DNA of 64,000 nt from Nostoc sp. GTDB lineage: Bacteria > Cyanobacteriota > Cyanobacteriia > Cyanobacteriales > Nostocaceae. A program made the translations under genes and the position numbers. The notes beneath the pieces are model-generated. The model was not told where the DNA came from. It worked only from the letters and a program-made list of their open reading frames with translations, and did not search any database. The DNA lies in NCBI GenBank assembly GCA_036918135.1, contig JBALDB010000056.1, positions 320,001 through 384,000 on the forward strand. Direction: 5' to 3'. This document shows positions 27,622-38,726 of the stretch, piece after piece. Numbering within the stretch: position 1 is the stretch's first letter; each line of letters begins with the position of its first letter.

Positions 27622-28297
27622 TGTCGTTCGTTTTACTTAAGCCAATATTTCTTTTAACAACCAACAGCAATGCTATCCGGGATAGTGCATACTGTTCAAA
27701 AAAATTCTGTAGTAATTTTTTCAAATAGTTGATAATTTGCTTACCTCCGATTCCGTCTTATCAGACTAATATTATTAGTCTTTGTGCTTTTTTTTTCTTT
27801 GAACGAGCTATCAACTTGTCAGATATTTTTTCTAAATCAATGGTTTAGACAATAATATACTACACGATCGCAGGGAAATGCTATCAAATAAATTTGTCTG
27901 GTTATCTTTGACTAATACTTGGTATGCTGATACTGCTTTTATCATGTTTGTACTAGGAGCCAAAATCCTACTGAATTTAAGGAGTCAATTTTTTCAGTCT
28001 CTATTAGTGTAGTATTTGGCAACAATGATAAACTCTTGATTCTAAACAATTTGTCTCCCCTTAGAGGGGGTTATAAACTTTTTATTGTTCGATATTATCT
28101 TGATGATTACACGCTAGGTTCTCAGAGTATTATTTGGTTTTACCAATTTCACTCGTTAGTACAGCTTTGCGTAAATTCGTGGCCAATTAAAGGTTGAAAT
28201 TTTAACGCCAAACTATGTAGAGTCTTTCCAAAGAGAATTCGCTCATCTTTAACGAAACTTATACATAGGAAGCTTAGTTGTGGCTACATAAAAGTTT

Positions 28298-29014
28298 TTA
28301 CCTTTTATCATCTCGCCACAAAGCAATACCGCCTAATAAACCAGTGATATTGGGGATAAGTTTCACATTTAACGGTAATTGAAGATTTACTCTTACAGCT
28401 TCACCACCGCCAATATATAGATAATCATAATTGAACAGATGTTGCAAGGATGCGATCGCCTTTTGTAAACGCTTGTTCCATCTTTTGTCACCAATTTTTT
28501 CTAACTGTGCGCGTCCTAGTTGTTGCTCAAAAGTCTCTCCTTTGCGAAATGGATGATGTCCCATTTCCATATTCGGTACTAGCTTCCCATCCACAAATAA
28601 AGCCGAACCAAACCCCGTACCCAGAGTAATCACTACTTCTACACCTTTACCTGCGATCGCCCCCAGCCCTTGCATATCTGCATCATTAATCACCCGTACA
28701 GGTTTCTTTAAGTGTTTTAATAATGCTGTTTCCAAATCAAATCCAATCCAATCTGGATGCAAATTTACTGCTGTTTCCGTGACTCCACGCCGCACTACAC
28801 CAGGAAAACCTACTGAAACGCGATCGAATTCACCTTGAGCAACTGCTAAGACAACAATTGTATTAATTACAACTTCTGGGGTAGCAGGTTGGGGTGTATC
28901 TAAACGCGTTCTTTTGGCGATCGGATTTCCTGTAATATCCAAAACCATTGTCTTAACGCCACTTCCGCCAATATCAATTGATAATGTCCGAATCGAACCA
29001 TTTTCTGAAATCAT
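28298..29014 (-). CDS. ppgK: ROK-family polyphosphate glucokinase
   Basis: IDIGGSGVK, VINDAD, ITLGTGFGSALF, NMEMGH. Confidence 0.8.
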   Translation of the reverse strand: MISENGSIRTLSIDIGGSGVKTMVLDITGNPIAKRTRLDTPQPATPEVVINTIVVLAVAQGEFDRVSVGFPGVVRRGVTETAVNLHPDWIGFDLETALLKHLKKPVRVINDADMQGLGAIAGKGVEVVITLGTGFGSALFVDGKLVPNMEMGHHPFRKGETFEQQLGRAQLEKIGDKRWNKRLQKAIASLQHLFNYDYLYIGGGEAVRVNLQLPLNVKLIPNITGLLGGIALWRDDKR

Positions 29015-29271
29015 TGAGTTAAATCCTTGCTACTGCTTGTTATTTCGTTATTATGCTTTGCTAAATCTGGTAATATGCGGATATTTTGAGAGTCTTCATA
29101 TTAGTGGGCATTACGCTTTTCGAGAACAAAAAGTTTAAAGTTAACAATAGCTGAGATGCGCCACAGCATCTAAATTTGTTAATCTAAGAATAATGGAAAT
29201 AGTACTGGCATAGTTGCTTAAAATCTATCCGACAGTAAATTTCTCTTAAAAGTATTATCACAAAAAGAATT

Positions 29272-29775
29272 ATGACGGCCTTTGAACCTCAAAGCATCCG
29301 CTCTTATAGTCAAGAAGATGTACAACAAATTTTACACTTAGCGATCGCTCGTCAAGCTGATGACAAAGACAGAGAATTTTCTTATGAGCAGCTATTAGAA
29401 ATTGCTGCTGAGTTAGAAATTTTACCTGAGTCTTTAAAATTAGCAGAACGCGATTGGCTAGTGCAACAAGGTCAAATTCAACAACGAAAAGCTTTTGACG
29501 CTTACCGCAAAAGAAGGTTTCAAAAACGTCTAGGCAATTATGCAATTTTTAACGGCTTTTTGATACTCGTAGATTTAATCACTGGTGGCGGAATTTCTTG
29601 GTCGCTGTATATTTTAGTATTTTGCGGATTGCCAGTCGGGCTTGATATCTGGAATACCTTTCAAATTAAAGGCGAAGAGTATGAAATGGCATTCCAAAGG
29701 TGGAACCGTAGGCATCAGATTAAGAAAAGTATCAGTACAGTTTTAAATAAGTGGTTTAAAGTGTTGCAAGCTTAG
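29272..29775 (+). CDS. 2TM domain-containing protein
   Basis: YSQEDVQQIL.LAIARQ N-terminus and two TM helices. Confidence 0.75.
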   Translation: MTAFEPQSIRSYSQEDVQQILHLAIARQADDKDREFSYEQLLEIAAELEILPESLKLAERDWLVQQGQIQQRKAFDAYRKRRFQKRLGNYAIFNGFLILVDLITGGGISWSLYILVFCGLPVGLDIWNTFQIKGEEYEMAFQRWNRRHQIKKSISTVLNKWFKVLQA

Positions 29776-30252
29776 CAAATTTGGTGCGATCGCTCATTGA
29801 AATAAAAACCCCGCAGGAGAATATCGGGGTAAAACTTGCTGCAAGGCAATATTTGTTGTCTAACACCATCTACTTAAATCTTATATAAACACAGCAATTA
29901 TTAGGATTAGACTCAATATTATCCGCTGGGTTGAAGTATTTTTTCTATCTTTCTAAATATATGTACGTCTATCAATAGACTGAAAATTATCTCATTTTAT
30001 AGGCAAAAATCTGGGTAACAAATCAATCGTCTGTAGGGGCATACAGCGGTACGCCCCTAGCGATATATCTATAGCATAATGTTTTTAAATTATCAAAGAT
30101 TTAGATAAGCCAGATTATACCTGGTATGAAAACCGAGATTTATTCTGAGAACAAATACTAATAGACCCACACGATCGCAACCAATAGACATGAAACAGCA
30201 TTGGACGAATATAATAATACTGACTTGGAAATAGATTTCCATCGAAATAACT

Positions 30253-30597
30253 ATGAAAGCTGAAGCAGAAAACCATACCAGGCTAACTTGTGAAGTAGAA
30301 ACTACATTAAAGGTGATTGGCGGACGCTGGAAGGTTTTAATTATTAGAGAATTAATGGCTGGCGTTAAACGCTTTGGCGAGTTGCAGCGGGCTTTACCTG
30401 GAATAACTCAAAAGATGTTGACTCAGCAACTCAAAGAAATGGAGGAAGACGGTATTATTCATCGAGAAGTTTATCCCCAAATTCCACCCAAAGTAGAATA
30501 TTCACTGACGCCTTTGGGAGAAACTTTGCAACCAATTCTCTATGCTATGCATGAATGGGCTGTTCAATATTTTACTCAAGTCAATCACCATCAATAA
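30253..30597 (+). CDS. HxlR-family winged-helix regulator
   Basis: [41 protein letters not shown]. Confidence 0.92.
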   Translation: MKAEAENHTRLTCEVETTLKVIGGRWKVLIIRELMAGVKRFGELQRALPGITQKMLTQQLKEMEEDGIIHREVYPQIPPKVEYSLTPLGETLQPILYAMHEWAVQYFTQVNHHQ

Positions 30598-30816
30598 TGC
30601 AACTGTTTGGGATTGAAGTTACACTCTCATTTTGAAGTGTTTAAAATTCTTGGCATCAGCACCGAAGATACATTTCTTTATTATCCAACACCGTTAATCT
30701 TTATTGTTTCACTCTAAAGAACTTGAAGATTTTAAAACCCCACTAAGAAAGTAGGGTTTAGTGTCAGATATTTACAACAGCGAATTAGCGTTCGCCCAGG
30801 CGAGATCCGCCAAAGC

Positions 30817-31221
30817 ATTATGCAGCAGAGGTTAAAGAATACAGGAGAAAAAACTATCGTTCAGGAATGCTAGTAGTGTTGATAGATGCAGATACTGCGA
30901 CAATAAAGGCAACACTGAAAGAACTAGATGGATGCACTGATATAAAATTCACAAGAACTTCGTAAGCCTGATGAAAAAATAGCAATCTTAGTGCCAAAAA
31001 GAAATATCGAAACTTGAATACATTATTTATGAACAGGAGAAGTTGTTGAAGAAGCAGAAAAAGCAAAATATCCAAAATTCCCTAAAAATGAGGCAATTTG
31101 TAAACCTGGTGTTGAACAATTAGCAAACCAGTGTTCTCAAGGAAGTTTAGATGAAAATGCACTGCCATCTCTTCAGGCGACTTGTGAAGAATTACAAAGA
31201 ATTTTGCTGTTGTTGGAGTAA
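30817..31221 (+). pseudogene. Decayed TOPRIM-like (DUF4276/RloB-like) gene, 3' part
   Basis: Reads LVVLIDADT...IAILVPKRNIET*IHYL*...PSLQATCEELQRI with stops and one frameshift. Confidence 0.5.
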
Positions 31222-31224
31222 AGT

Positions 31225-32346
31225 ATGAACGCTGGTTGTTTAACCATCAAAGAACTTACCGAAGTAGTTGGTGGCGGTTTGACTCCGCGCATGGTGCGAC
31301 ATTACCATCAATTGGGACTGCTACCGCAACCAGTACGATCGCCTAGCAATTACCGTCTCTACACCCAAAAAGATGTCCTGCGGTTGCAAAGGATTGTCGC
31401 ACTCAAGCAACAAGGGTTTCAGCTAAATCATATCCGTCACATTTTGGAAGTGGAACCAGAAGCCGACACAAATCAAAATCTGATGGTGCAACTTCAACAG
31501 CAATATCGAGCGGTAATGCAACAAATTTCCCAACTGCGGCAAACTGCATCAGCATTAGAAGGATTATTAGGACGCGATCGCCATTGTCAACTTATGCAGG
31601 CGGAAGTCTTAGCACAACTAAAGTTACTCGATGTGGAAACCCAAGCCGGATTGGGGGGACTGGAAAAATTGTGGAGTGGTTTGGATGCTGAAATTCATAG
31701 ACACTCAGAGGCTTTTTCGGAATCGCTGCAACTTTTATTACCTGATTTATCTCACCGTTCGGAAATCGAACAACACTTAATTTCTCAGCTGGTTTTGGCT
31801 TGTGGAGATGTCAGCTTGGTGTCTTTTGTTAAGTTGAGTCGAGATGCGATCGCAGCTAGTCGAGAAGCTTTATCTGCAAGCTGTCAAATAGTTGTCGATA
31901 CCCAAACTGTGGCTGCTGCGTTGGATAAAACTCGGTTATTTCACTTGGGATGTCGCATTGAAACTTTGATTGATAATCCTCATATTACTACTGCTACAGA
32001 GGCGGAGCTTGCCTTTTGGCAGCAGCAAGAATGGCGACAAAAATTGCAACAAGTAACTCCAGGTTGTCTACTGGTAGTTGGTTATGCTCCCTCGGTGCTT
32101 CTAGAAATTTCTTTGGCGATCGCTAATCAAAAAATTCAGCCTGCACTTGTAATTGCAATGCCCATTGGCTTTAGCCACGCTCCGGCCGCTAAGCGACAAT
32201 TGATGCAACAACGAATACCTTTTATTACAGTTGAAGGAACTTTGGGAGGTGGCGCTTTAGCTGCAACTGCCCTGAATGCTTTGGTAGAATCACTAATTGA
32301 TAAACCACATTGTCATTGTTATCTCAATCAAACTAATACCAATTAA
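31225..32346 (+). CDS. MerR-family HTH fused to a precorrin-8X methylmutase (CobH/CbiC)-like domain
   Basis: LTIKEL...TPRMVRHYHQLGLL...NYRLY; C-terminal VVGYAPSVL, PALVIAMPIGF, GTLGG..LAATALNAL; terminal HCHC. Confidence 0.85.
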   Translation: MNAGCLTIKELTEVVGGGLTPRMVRHYHQLGLLPQPVRSPSNYRLYTQKDVLRLQRIVALKQQGFQLNHIRHILEVEPEADTNQNLMVQLQQQYRAVMQQISQLRQTASALEGLLGRDRHCQLMQAEVLAQLKLLDVETQAGLGGLEKLWSGLDAEIHRHSEAFSESLQLLLPDLSHRSEIEQHLISQLVLACGDVSLVSFVKLSRDAIAASREALSASCQIVVDTQTVAAALDKTRLFHLGCRIETLIDNPHITTATEAELAFWQQQEWRQKLQQVTPGCLLVVGYAPSVLLEISLAIANQKIQPALVIAMPIGFSHAPAAKRQLMQQRIPFITVEGTLGGGALAATALNALVESLIDKPHCHCYLNQTNTN

Positions 32347-32402
32347 AAAAAGAATGCAACAGTTATAAAACTGGAAATCAAAATAGAGTCTGACTTCCTT
32401 AA

Positions 32403-34031
32403 TTACGATTGTTTTGCATACAGAACATAGGATTTGTTACGGTAAGCAACTGGCAGATCCAGTCGATGTTGAATGTGAGTTACAAAATAGGAAGCGTGAT
32501 ATTTCTCCAGCAGTGCCTTAGCCCGATCGGTTGTCAAGTTGTTGTAGCCCTCTGTAAGTAGTTTTTCACTAAACTGAGTCAATGGATCGACCCCGTTAAA
32601 ATTACCACTCAAGTCACGCATACGTGAAAACCACTCTAATGTTGCCGCTTTAGTCTGAGCCATTAACTTATACTTGGCAATGGTTGGACGCTCTGTCAGC
32701 CAGATGAAGTTGCTATGTTCGATCGGTGGAGATACGAATGTGGCATTTTTTGGCGTATTTTTTCGTATCCAAGCAGCCATATCTTTCCACTGAGGGTCTA
32801 CCTCCTGCACTTCGTCAGGAAAATTAAGTGTAGACTGAAAATCTTTCTCAAAGTTAGGAAATGCCTTGACAATGCTTATACTCACTAGCAAACTACATAT
32901 CAGTATCAGCACTCTTTGTTGTTTTCTACTTGTGAAGATTCGATCCAAAGCACAGACAAACAACAGGCAGGCGTTGAGGTGCAACATTACATCGCCCACA
33001 CGGAAAAGATAATACTGTAGCAAGGTTCCTTGAGAGTCGAATGGAGCGATAATTACTCCCAGTAAAAATGGGACTAGACTGATTAGTGTAAACTCAAACA
33101 GCCCTCTACGAGCTTCGTATTCTTCAAACTGTTCGGGTAGCGCTTGAGTGGGACGATTAAACCAAAGGATGCCAGCACTGCCCACAAGCATCATAAGGTA
33201 AAATATCGGAACTATCCACCAATATGCAGGCCAGGACAAGGGATTCAGGTGGTAAGGCATCCTGAGAAAGACATATATATATGTAGGCGAAATCGGGCTT
33301 GCAGGAGTTGAACTCGACAATTCTGTGAGTACCGCTTTTAGACCGAATACACTTCCTAGCAGGTATAGCGGAACAATAAACCCAAGCTCCCACATACTAG
33401 GAAAATGGGTTTTTCGTTTTAAAATCAGCCAAGCTGCAACAAATAAAGTTGTATAACCACCTACCAGAACATGGAATGAAGTTGCTAGCCCTAACAGAAA
33501 AGCCATCAGGCGATAACGTTTCCTCAGCATGAAGGCGATCGCAAATAAAACCATAGCATAAGCAAATATCTTCGTTTCTAGTACTCCTACGATCCTTTCC
33601 CCAGCTGCAACACCTTGTTTATCAAAGAGAAACATTGCAACTGCCAACATTAATAAAGACAAATTCAATCCCAGTATTCGCCCTATGAGTACTAGTGCCC
33701 AAGCTATCAGCGTGTAGCAAAATAACCGCCCAATTATCGAACTAGCTAGAAATCCCCAAGTTGCTATGAACGAGCCAAATAAAGTTTGAAACAATACTCG
33801 GTAAACAGGTGGTTGATTAACAGACCAATCTCCTGGAACCCAGTTATGGTCAGCAAACTGCCTTGCTAAAGGCAGAGCGTCAATATCATTTCTTGCCATG
33901 ATATCAAACAATAATTCCTTGACACATAGCAGTAGCAAAACTGTGATGATTTCTAATATTATCCAACTCGTAGTTGTCAGAGTTATTTTATGATGTATAT
34001 TTTTTTGCTTTATAACTAGCGATTTCAACAT
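32403..34031 (-). CDS. Polytopic membrane protein (DUF6798-like, possible GT-C fold)
   Basis: More than 10 hydrophobic segments, W.PGDW, SFH.LVG, R.P.HL.P, WIRKNTP.NA.F. Confidence 0.6.
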   Translation of the reverse strand: MLKSLVIKQKNIHHKITLTTTSWIILEIITVLLLLCVKELLFDIMARNDIDALPLARQFADHNWVPGDWSVNQPPVYRVLFQTLFGSFIATWGFLASSIIGRLFCYTLIAWALVLIGRILGLNLSLLMLAVAMFLFDKQGVAAGERIVGVLETKIFAYAMVLFAIAFMLRKRYRLMAFLLGLATSFHVLVGGYTTLFVAAWLILKRKTHFPSMWELGFIVPLYLLGSVFGLKAVLTELSSSTPASPISPTYIYVFLRMPYHLNPLSWPAYWWIVPIFYLMMLVGSAGILWFNRPTQALPEQFEEYEARRGLFEFTLISLVPFLLGVIIAPFDSQGTLLQYYLFRVGDVMLHLNACLLFVCALDRIFTSRKQQRVLILICSLLVSISIVKAFPNFEKDFQSTLNFPDEVQEVDPQWKDMAAWIRKNTPKNATFVSPPIEHSNFIWLTERPTIAKYKLMAQTKAATLEWFSRMRDLSGNFNGVDPLTQFSEKLLTEGYNNLTTDRAKALLEKYHASYFVTHIQHRLDLPVAYRNKSYVLYAKQS

Positions 34032-34399
34032 AAAAAAATGTAAATACTATAACTTCTATAGTATTTAATTTTTAATTTAAATATTACACTATACAGTAGA
34101 TTTACTAAGTGTTTATACTAGCTTGATTATTTAGCTAATTTTCCCAGCTTGGCTATCATCGAACAAGATTTAATTACAGTATAAAAAATAACTATTATCG
34201 AGAATTTTTACCCAATTAAATTCTCACTAGCAAAATAGAAATAGTTGAAATCAGGCGAAGTATATATTGACACAAATATTTACAATAAATGATAAGAAAT
34301 ATAACAGAGATGTATAATTAGCGCGTCTCCTGCATAATCCATAAAAAGATTGTGATTAAAGCTGGCAGGCTTTCTATTTTTTAGTTTAATAACGGACAT

Positions 34400-37300
34400 A
34401 TGTGGCAACAAGAAAAAAAAGATACTTTGATAGTCAAGCTGGTATTATGGGTTGCCTTAGCTACAACCCCAATGGCAGCAACTGTGGTAGTTTCAGCACC
34501 GATGCTGCTGGCGCAATCTGCACCCCAAACTCCGTCTTTCCCATTGCCGCAAACAGTGGAAAATGGAACGACAGTGCGAATTGATGGTTCGAGTAGCTTA
34601 ACTGTAATTAACCAAGGACTTAAAGACAGTTTTGAAAAACAGTTTTCGGGCACAAAGGTTGAAATTGCTGCTAATGGCGTCGAGCGGGCGCTGAGAGATT
34701 TGCTAGATGGCAAAATCGATATAGCAGCAATGGGTCGTGGTTTAACGCCAGCAGAAAAAGCACTAGGACTCGAACAAGTCCGCTTGCGCCGTGAAAAAAT
34801 TGCGATCGTGGTTGGTGCAGAGAATCCTTTCAAGCAAAGTTTGACTAGTAAGCAATTCGCCCGAATATTCCGGGGACAAATTACAAATTGGTCGCAATTG
34901 GGCGGCCCTAACGCTAAGATTCGGGTAATCGATCGCCCGCAAACGAGCGATACTCGCGATACTTTTCGTGATTATCCGGCCTTCAAAGCTGCTAAATTTG
35001 CTACAGGCTCGACTGCGATTCAACTAACTCAGGACAACACCGCCGAAATCGTCAAAGACCTGGGCAAAGACGGCATCAGCTATGTGCTAGCTAATCAAGT
35101 GTCGAAGTTACAGGGTGTGCGAGTTCTGCAATTACATCAAACCTTGCCAGACGATGCCAAATATCCCTTTTCGCAACCATTAGTTTACGTTTACAAAAAA
35201 AATCCCAGCTTAGGTACAGCAGCTTTTCTCGGTTTTACCCTTGCACCAGTAGGACAGCAGGCTATAGAGCAAGCTAGAGTCACTGAAGCTGAGGCTGTAG
35301 CAGCCAGCGTATCACAATCAGCTCTTACAGCCTCCCCCAGCAAAGGAACGACATCGGCTGCTACACCTTCTCCCAGTGCAACTACTTCTGTATTTGGCGA
35401 ACAGCCGTTTGTGGCTCCTGCAAAACCACAAACAACTCCAATTGTCAATAGGGAAACACCATTTTGGTTGCTCTTACCTTTGTTCGTCACTGCTGTAGGC
35501 GGAATCTTACTTTGGTGGTTTTTAGGCAGACGACCATCCTTGCCACAGAAAGCAAATAACTTACCACAACCAAATCCTTATCCACCCAGCACAGACGATC
35601 TAGAAACTACGAGCAATCCTAGTACTAACCTTGAGTTGCCAGAACCGGAAACTCCCGATCGCACTCCTTTTCAAATTTATGGTCAATCATCTAACTTCAC
35701 AGAGAATGGTACTCTAAAAGAGCCAACTAATGGCACAAGCTCAAGCGTAGCTCATGGCTCAGAGAATAACTTGGGAGCCGCAGCTTTAATGGGTGGTGCT
35801 GCTCTAGCAACAGGAATAGGGACAGCTACTTGGTCTACCTTTGCTGACAAAGAAATAGACCCAGAAGATGATACGATTGAAATAGATAATAATACTGAAA
35901 AAACTCATCCAGAGTCCAGTGAAGTAGCATGGGATATAGAAGCTCCAGCGGCTGTTGTAAATACTCCATATCCTCAATTAGGTAATATTCCAGAAGAAAC
36001 ATCTGATAGAGAATTGCCTTTATCTGAAGAGATAACCCCACTGCCTGAATTACCAGATGTGCCAAAAGCGACTTCTAATTTTGACTATTGGGACACAGAA
36101 CTTACCGAAGATGTGACGCCAGAAGAACTCCAGGCAGAATTAGAATGGCTAGAAAGTATCACCTCAACTGAAGATACAGTCTTATCAGAATCCGGCAACG
36201 TAGTAGCGGATGAAATGCCTGAGGCAGAAACAGCATCACTACTCGAATTGCCAGAATTGCCAGAAGATGCCTTGAATGTAGTAGCAGATGCAGCCGAACC
36301 CCCTATAGATTTGCTAGAGTCAGAATCCCTAACTGGTGCTGCTGCTGTGGCAGCCGGAGCAGGAATTGGAGCTTGGGCTAGTACAGTTGACAATGTACCG
36401 ATAGCAGCCGAAACAGCTAATGGTTTAGTGAATGCAGAAGAACACAGCACAATTGTGCTGACACCGCGCACTCAGACATCGGCTGATATCTCTTGGGAGA
36501 TTTCCGAAAGCCAAAAGTCAGCACTGCGAAAACAAGGTGTTTCTCAATTGCTAGTGCGGTTGTATGATGTGACTGGCATTGACCTGAGTTATCAAACTCC
36601 CCGACTTGTAGAGCAGTACGAAAGTGAAGAATTACTCACTAAGAGCGTAAATATTCCGGCAAGCGATCGCGACTATATAGCCGAAATTGGTTATCTTGCT
36701 GAAGGCGAACGCTGGTTTCCCATAGCCGATTCAGCAATTGTGCGCTTCTTCAGTCCTCCTAAGCCAGATCCGGTTGTGGAAGATTTACCCATCAGCCAAA
36801 CAGCTCATACAGAAGAACACAGCACGATTGTGCTGACACCGCGCACTCAGACATCAGCTGATATCTCTTGGGAGATTTCCGAAAGCCAAAAGTCAGCACT
36901 GCGACAACAAGGCGTTTCTCAATTGTTAGTGCGGCTGTATGATGTGACTGGCATTGACTTGAGTTATCAAACCCCCCGACTTGTACAAGAGTACGAAAGT
37001 GAAGAATTACTCAATAAGAGCGTAGATATTCCAGCAAGCGATCGCGACTACATAGCCGAAATTGGTTATCTTGCTGAAGACGAACGCTGGTTTCCGATAG
37101 CCCATTCGGCAATTGTGCGCTTCTTCAGTCCTCCCAAGCCAGATCCGGTTGTGGAAGATTTACCCATCAGCCAAACAACTCATACAGAAGAACACAGCAC
37201 GATTGTGCTGACACCGCGCAGTTATAAATCGGCTAATATCTTTTGGGAGATTTCCGAAACCCAAATGTCAGCGTTGCGACAACAAGGCGTTTCTCAATTG

Positions 37301-38506
37301 TTAGTGCGGCTGTATGATGTGACTGGCATTGACTTGAGTTATCAAACTCCCCAGGTTGTAGAGCAGTACGAAAGTGAAGAATTACTCACTAAGAGCCTAG
37401 ATATTCCGGCAAGCGATCGCGATTATATAGCTGAAATTGGTTATCTTGCTGAAGGCGAACGCTGGTTTACCATAGCGCGTTCAGCAATTGTGCGTGTTTT
37501 CAGCCCTGTGGGTCAAGATCCAATTGCAGAAGATACTAAAAACTTGGGCGATGCAGAAGAACACAGCACGATTGTGCTAACACAGCGCACTCAGGCATGG
37601 GTTGATATCTCTTGGGAGATTTCCGAAACCAAAAAATCAGCACTGCAAGAACAAGGCGTCTCTCAATTGTTAGTGCGGTTGTATGATGTAACAGGCATTG
37701 ACCTGAGTTATCAAACTCCCCGGCTTCTAGAGCAGTACGAGAGTGAAGAATTACTTAATAAGAGCCTAGATATTCCGGCAAGCGATCGCGACTATATAGC
37801 TGAAATTGGCTATATTGCTAAAGGCGAACGCTGGCTTGCCATAGCGCGTTCAGCAATTGTGCGTATTTTCAATCCGATCGAGCCAGATCCACTCCCAGAA
37901 GATTTAGCCGCAGTCAGCCAAACAGATAATGGCTTAGTAGATGCAGAACCAGAAAGCGGTATTGTGCTTACACCCCGCACTCCCAAATGGGCTTATGTCT
38001 CCTGGTACATTTCCCCAAATCAAAAGCAAATGTTGCGACAACAAGGTGCTTCTCACTTAGCGGTACGAGTGTATGATGTTACACAAATCGACCTGAGTTA
38101 TCAAACTCCCCAGCTTGTACAGCAGTATGAATGTGAAGAAGTAGCAAGCGATCGCTTTGTGGCAATTCCCGTGAGCGATCGTGATTATATGGCTGAAATT
38201 GGCTATGTTGCAGATGGCGATCGTTGGTTACCCATAGCGCGCTCAGCTAATATTCGTGTCTTTAGTCGTCCTCACGGAGATTTTTGGTTTGTTGCAGATA
38301 CTGAGTTGATTATTCACGGAGCTACCGAACCAAATACAACCGTAGCCATTGGTGGTAATACTATCAAAATCAAACCCGATGGTACCTTCCACTTACGTCT
38401 TCCCTTTTCAGATGGTTTAATGGACTATCTGATCGCGGTAGCTGCTGATGGGAAATCCACAAAAACTATTCATAAAAAGTTCTCTCAGGAAACTTCCGAA
38501 AGCTAG
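34400..38506 (+). CDS. PstS/PBP-like substrate-binding domain, TM helix, acidic linker and five tandem DUF4912-like domains
   Basis: VRIDGSSS, IFRGQITNWSQLGG, YPFSQPL.YVY; TM near aa 355-375; repeats of R.YDVTGID....Y.AEIGY....W..IA.S. Confidence 0.85.
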   Translation: MWQQEKKDTLIVKLVLWVALATTPMAATVVVSAPMLLAQSAPQTPSFPLPQTVENGTTVRIDGSSSLTVINQGLKDSFEKQFSGTKVEIAANGVERALRDLLDGKIDIAAMGRGLTPAEKALGLEQVRLRREKIAIVVGAENPFKQSLTSKQFARIFRGQITNWSQLGGPNAKIRVIDRPQTSDTRDTFRDYPAFKAAKFATGSTAIQLTQDNTAEIVKDLGKDGISYVLANQVSKLQGVRVLQLHQTLPDDAKYPFSQPLVYVYKKNPSLGTAAFLGFTLAPVGQQAIEQARVTEAEAVAASVSQSALTASPSKGTTSAATPSPSATTSVFGEQPFVAPAKPQTTPIVNRETPFWLLLPLFVTAVGGILLWWFLGRRPSLPQKANNLPQPNPYPPSTDDLETTSNPSTNLELPEPETPDRTPFQIYGQSSNFTENGTLKEPTNGTSSSVAHGSENNLGAAALMGGAALATGIGTATWSTFADKEIDPEDDTIEIDNNTEKTHPESSEVAWDIEAPAAVVNTPYPQLGNIPEETSDRELPLSEEITPLPELPDVPKATSNFDYWDTELTEDVTPEELQAELEWLESITSTEDTVLSESGNVVADEMPEAETASLLELPELPEDALNVVADAAEPPIDLLESESLTGAAAVAAGAGIGAWASTVDNVPIAAETANGLVNAEEHSTIVLTPRTQTSADISWEISESQKSALRKQGVSQLLVRLYDVTGIDLSYQTPRLVEQYESEELLTKSVNIPASDRDYIAEIGYLAEGERWFPIADSAIVRFFSPPKPDPVVEDLPISQTAHTEEHSTIVLTPRTQTSADISWEISESQKSALRQQGVSQLLVRLYDVTGIDLSYQTPRLVQEYESEELLNKSVDIPASDRDYIAEIGYLAEDERWFPIAHSAIVRFFSPPKPDPVVEDLPISQTTHTEEHSTIVLTPRSYKSANIFWEISETQMSALRQQGVSQLLVRLYDVTGIDLSYQTPQVVEQYESEELLTKSLDIPASDRDYIAEIGYLAEGERWFTIARSAIVRVFSPVGQDPIAEDTKNLGDAEEHSTIVLTQRTQAWVDISWEISETKKSALQEQGVSQLLVRLYDVTGIDLSYQTPRLLEQYESEELLNKSLDIPASDRDYIAEIGYIAKGERWLAIARSAIVRIFNPIEPDPLPEDLAAVSQTDNGLVDAEPESGIVLTPRTPKWAYVSWYISPNQKQMLRQQGASHLAVRVYDVTQIDLSYQTPQLVQQYECEEVASDRFVAIPVSDRDYMAEIGYVADGDRWLPIARSANIRVFSRPHGDFWFVADTELIIHGATEPNTTVAIGGNTIKIKPDGTFHLRLPFSDGLMDYLIAVAADGKSTKTIHKKFSQETSES
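36437..38270 (+). repeat. Five intragenic tandem repeats of about 375 bp
   Basis: GAAGAACACAGCAC unit starts at 36437, 36812, 37187 and 37556; a more diverged fifth unit starts near 37945. Confidence 0.92.
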
Positions 38507-38726
38507 CAATTACCGTGAGCTATCCCTGTGGGAATTCCCCTGAGTTTTTTAGACTTGAAGGGGATTTTATAGCAGCCATCACTTCCTTGCCCTACAGTCA
38601 TCGCCCCAAAGAGCATTTGCTCCCCTCAGAACTCGCTCTGAGGGTTGGGGGTATGCTTGAAGCATATTTCATTGGACGCTCAAGAGTAAGAGTTGAGAAA
38701 AGTTGATTATTGAATTTCATCTTCTA

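Noticed and set aside
30600..31224. Cobalamin riboswitch upstream of the MerR-CobH fusion or cob genes
   Set aside because: No B12-box-like conserved elements could be recognised by eye; an Rfam scan would be needed to exclude one fully
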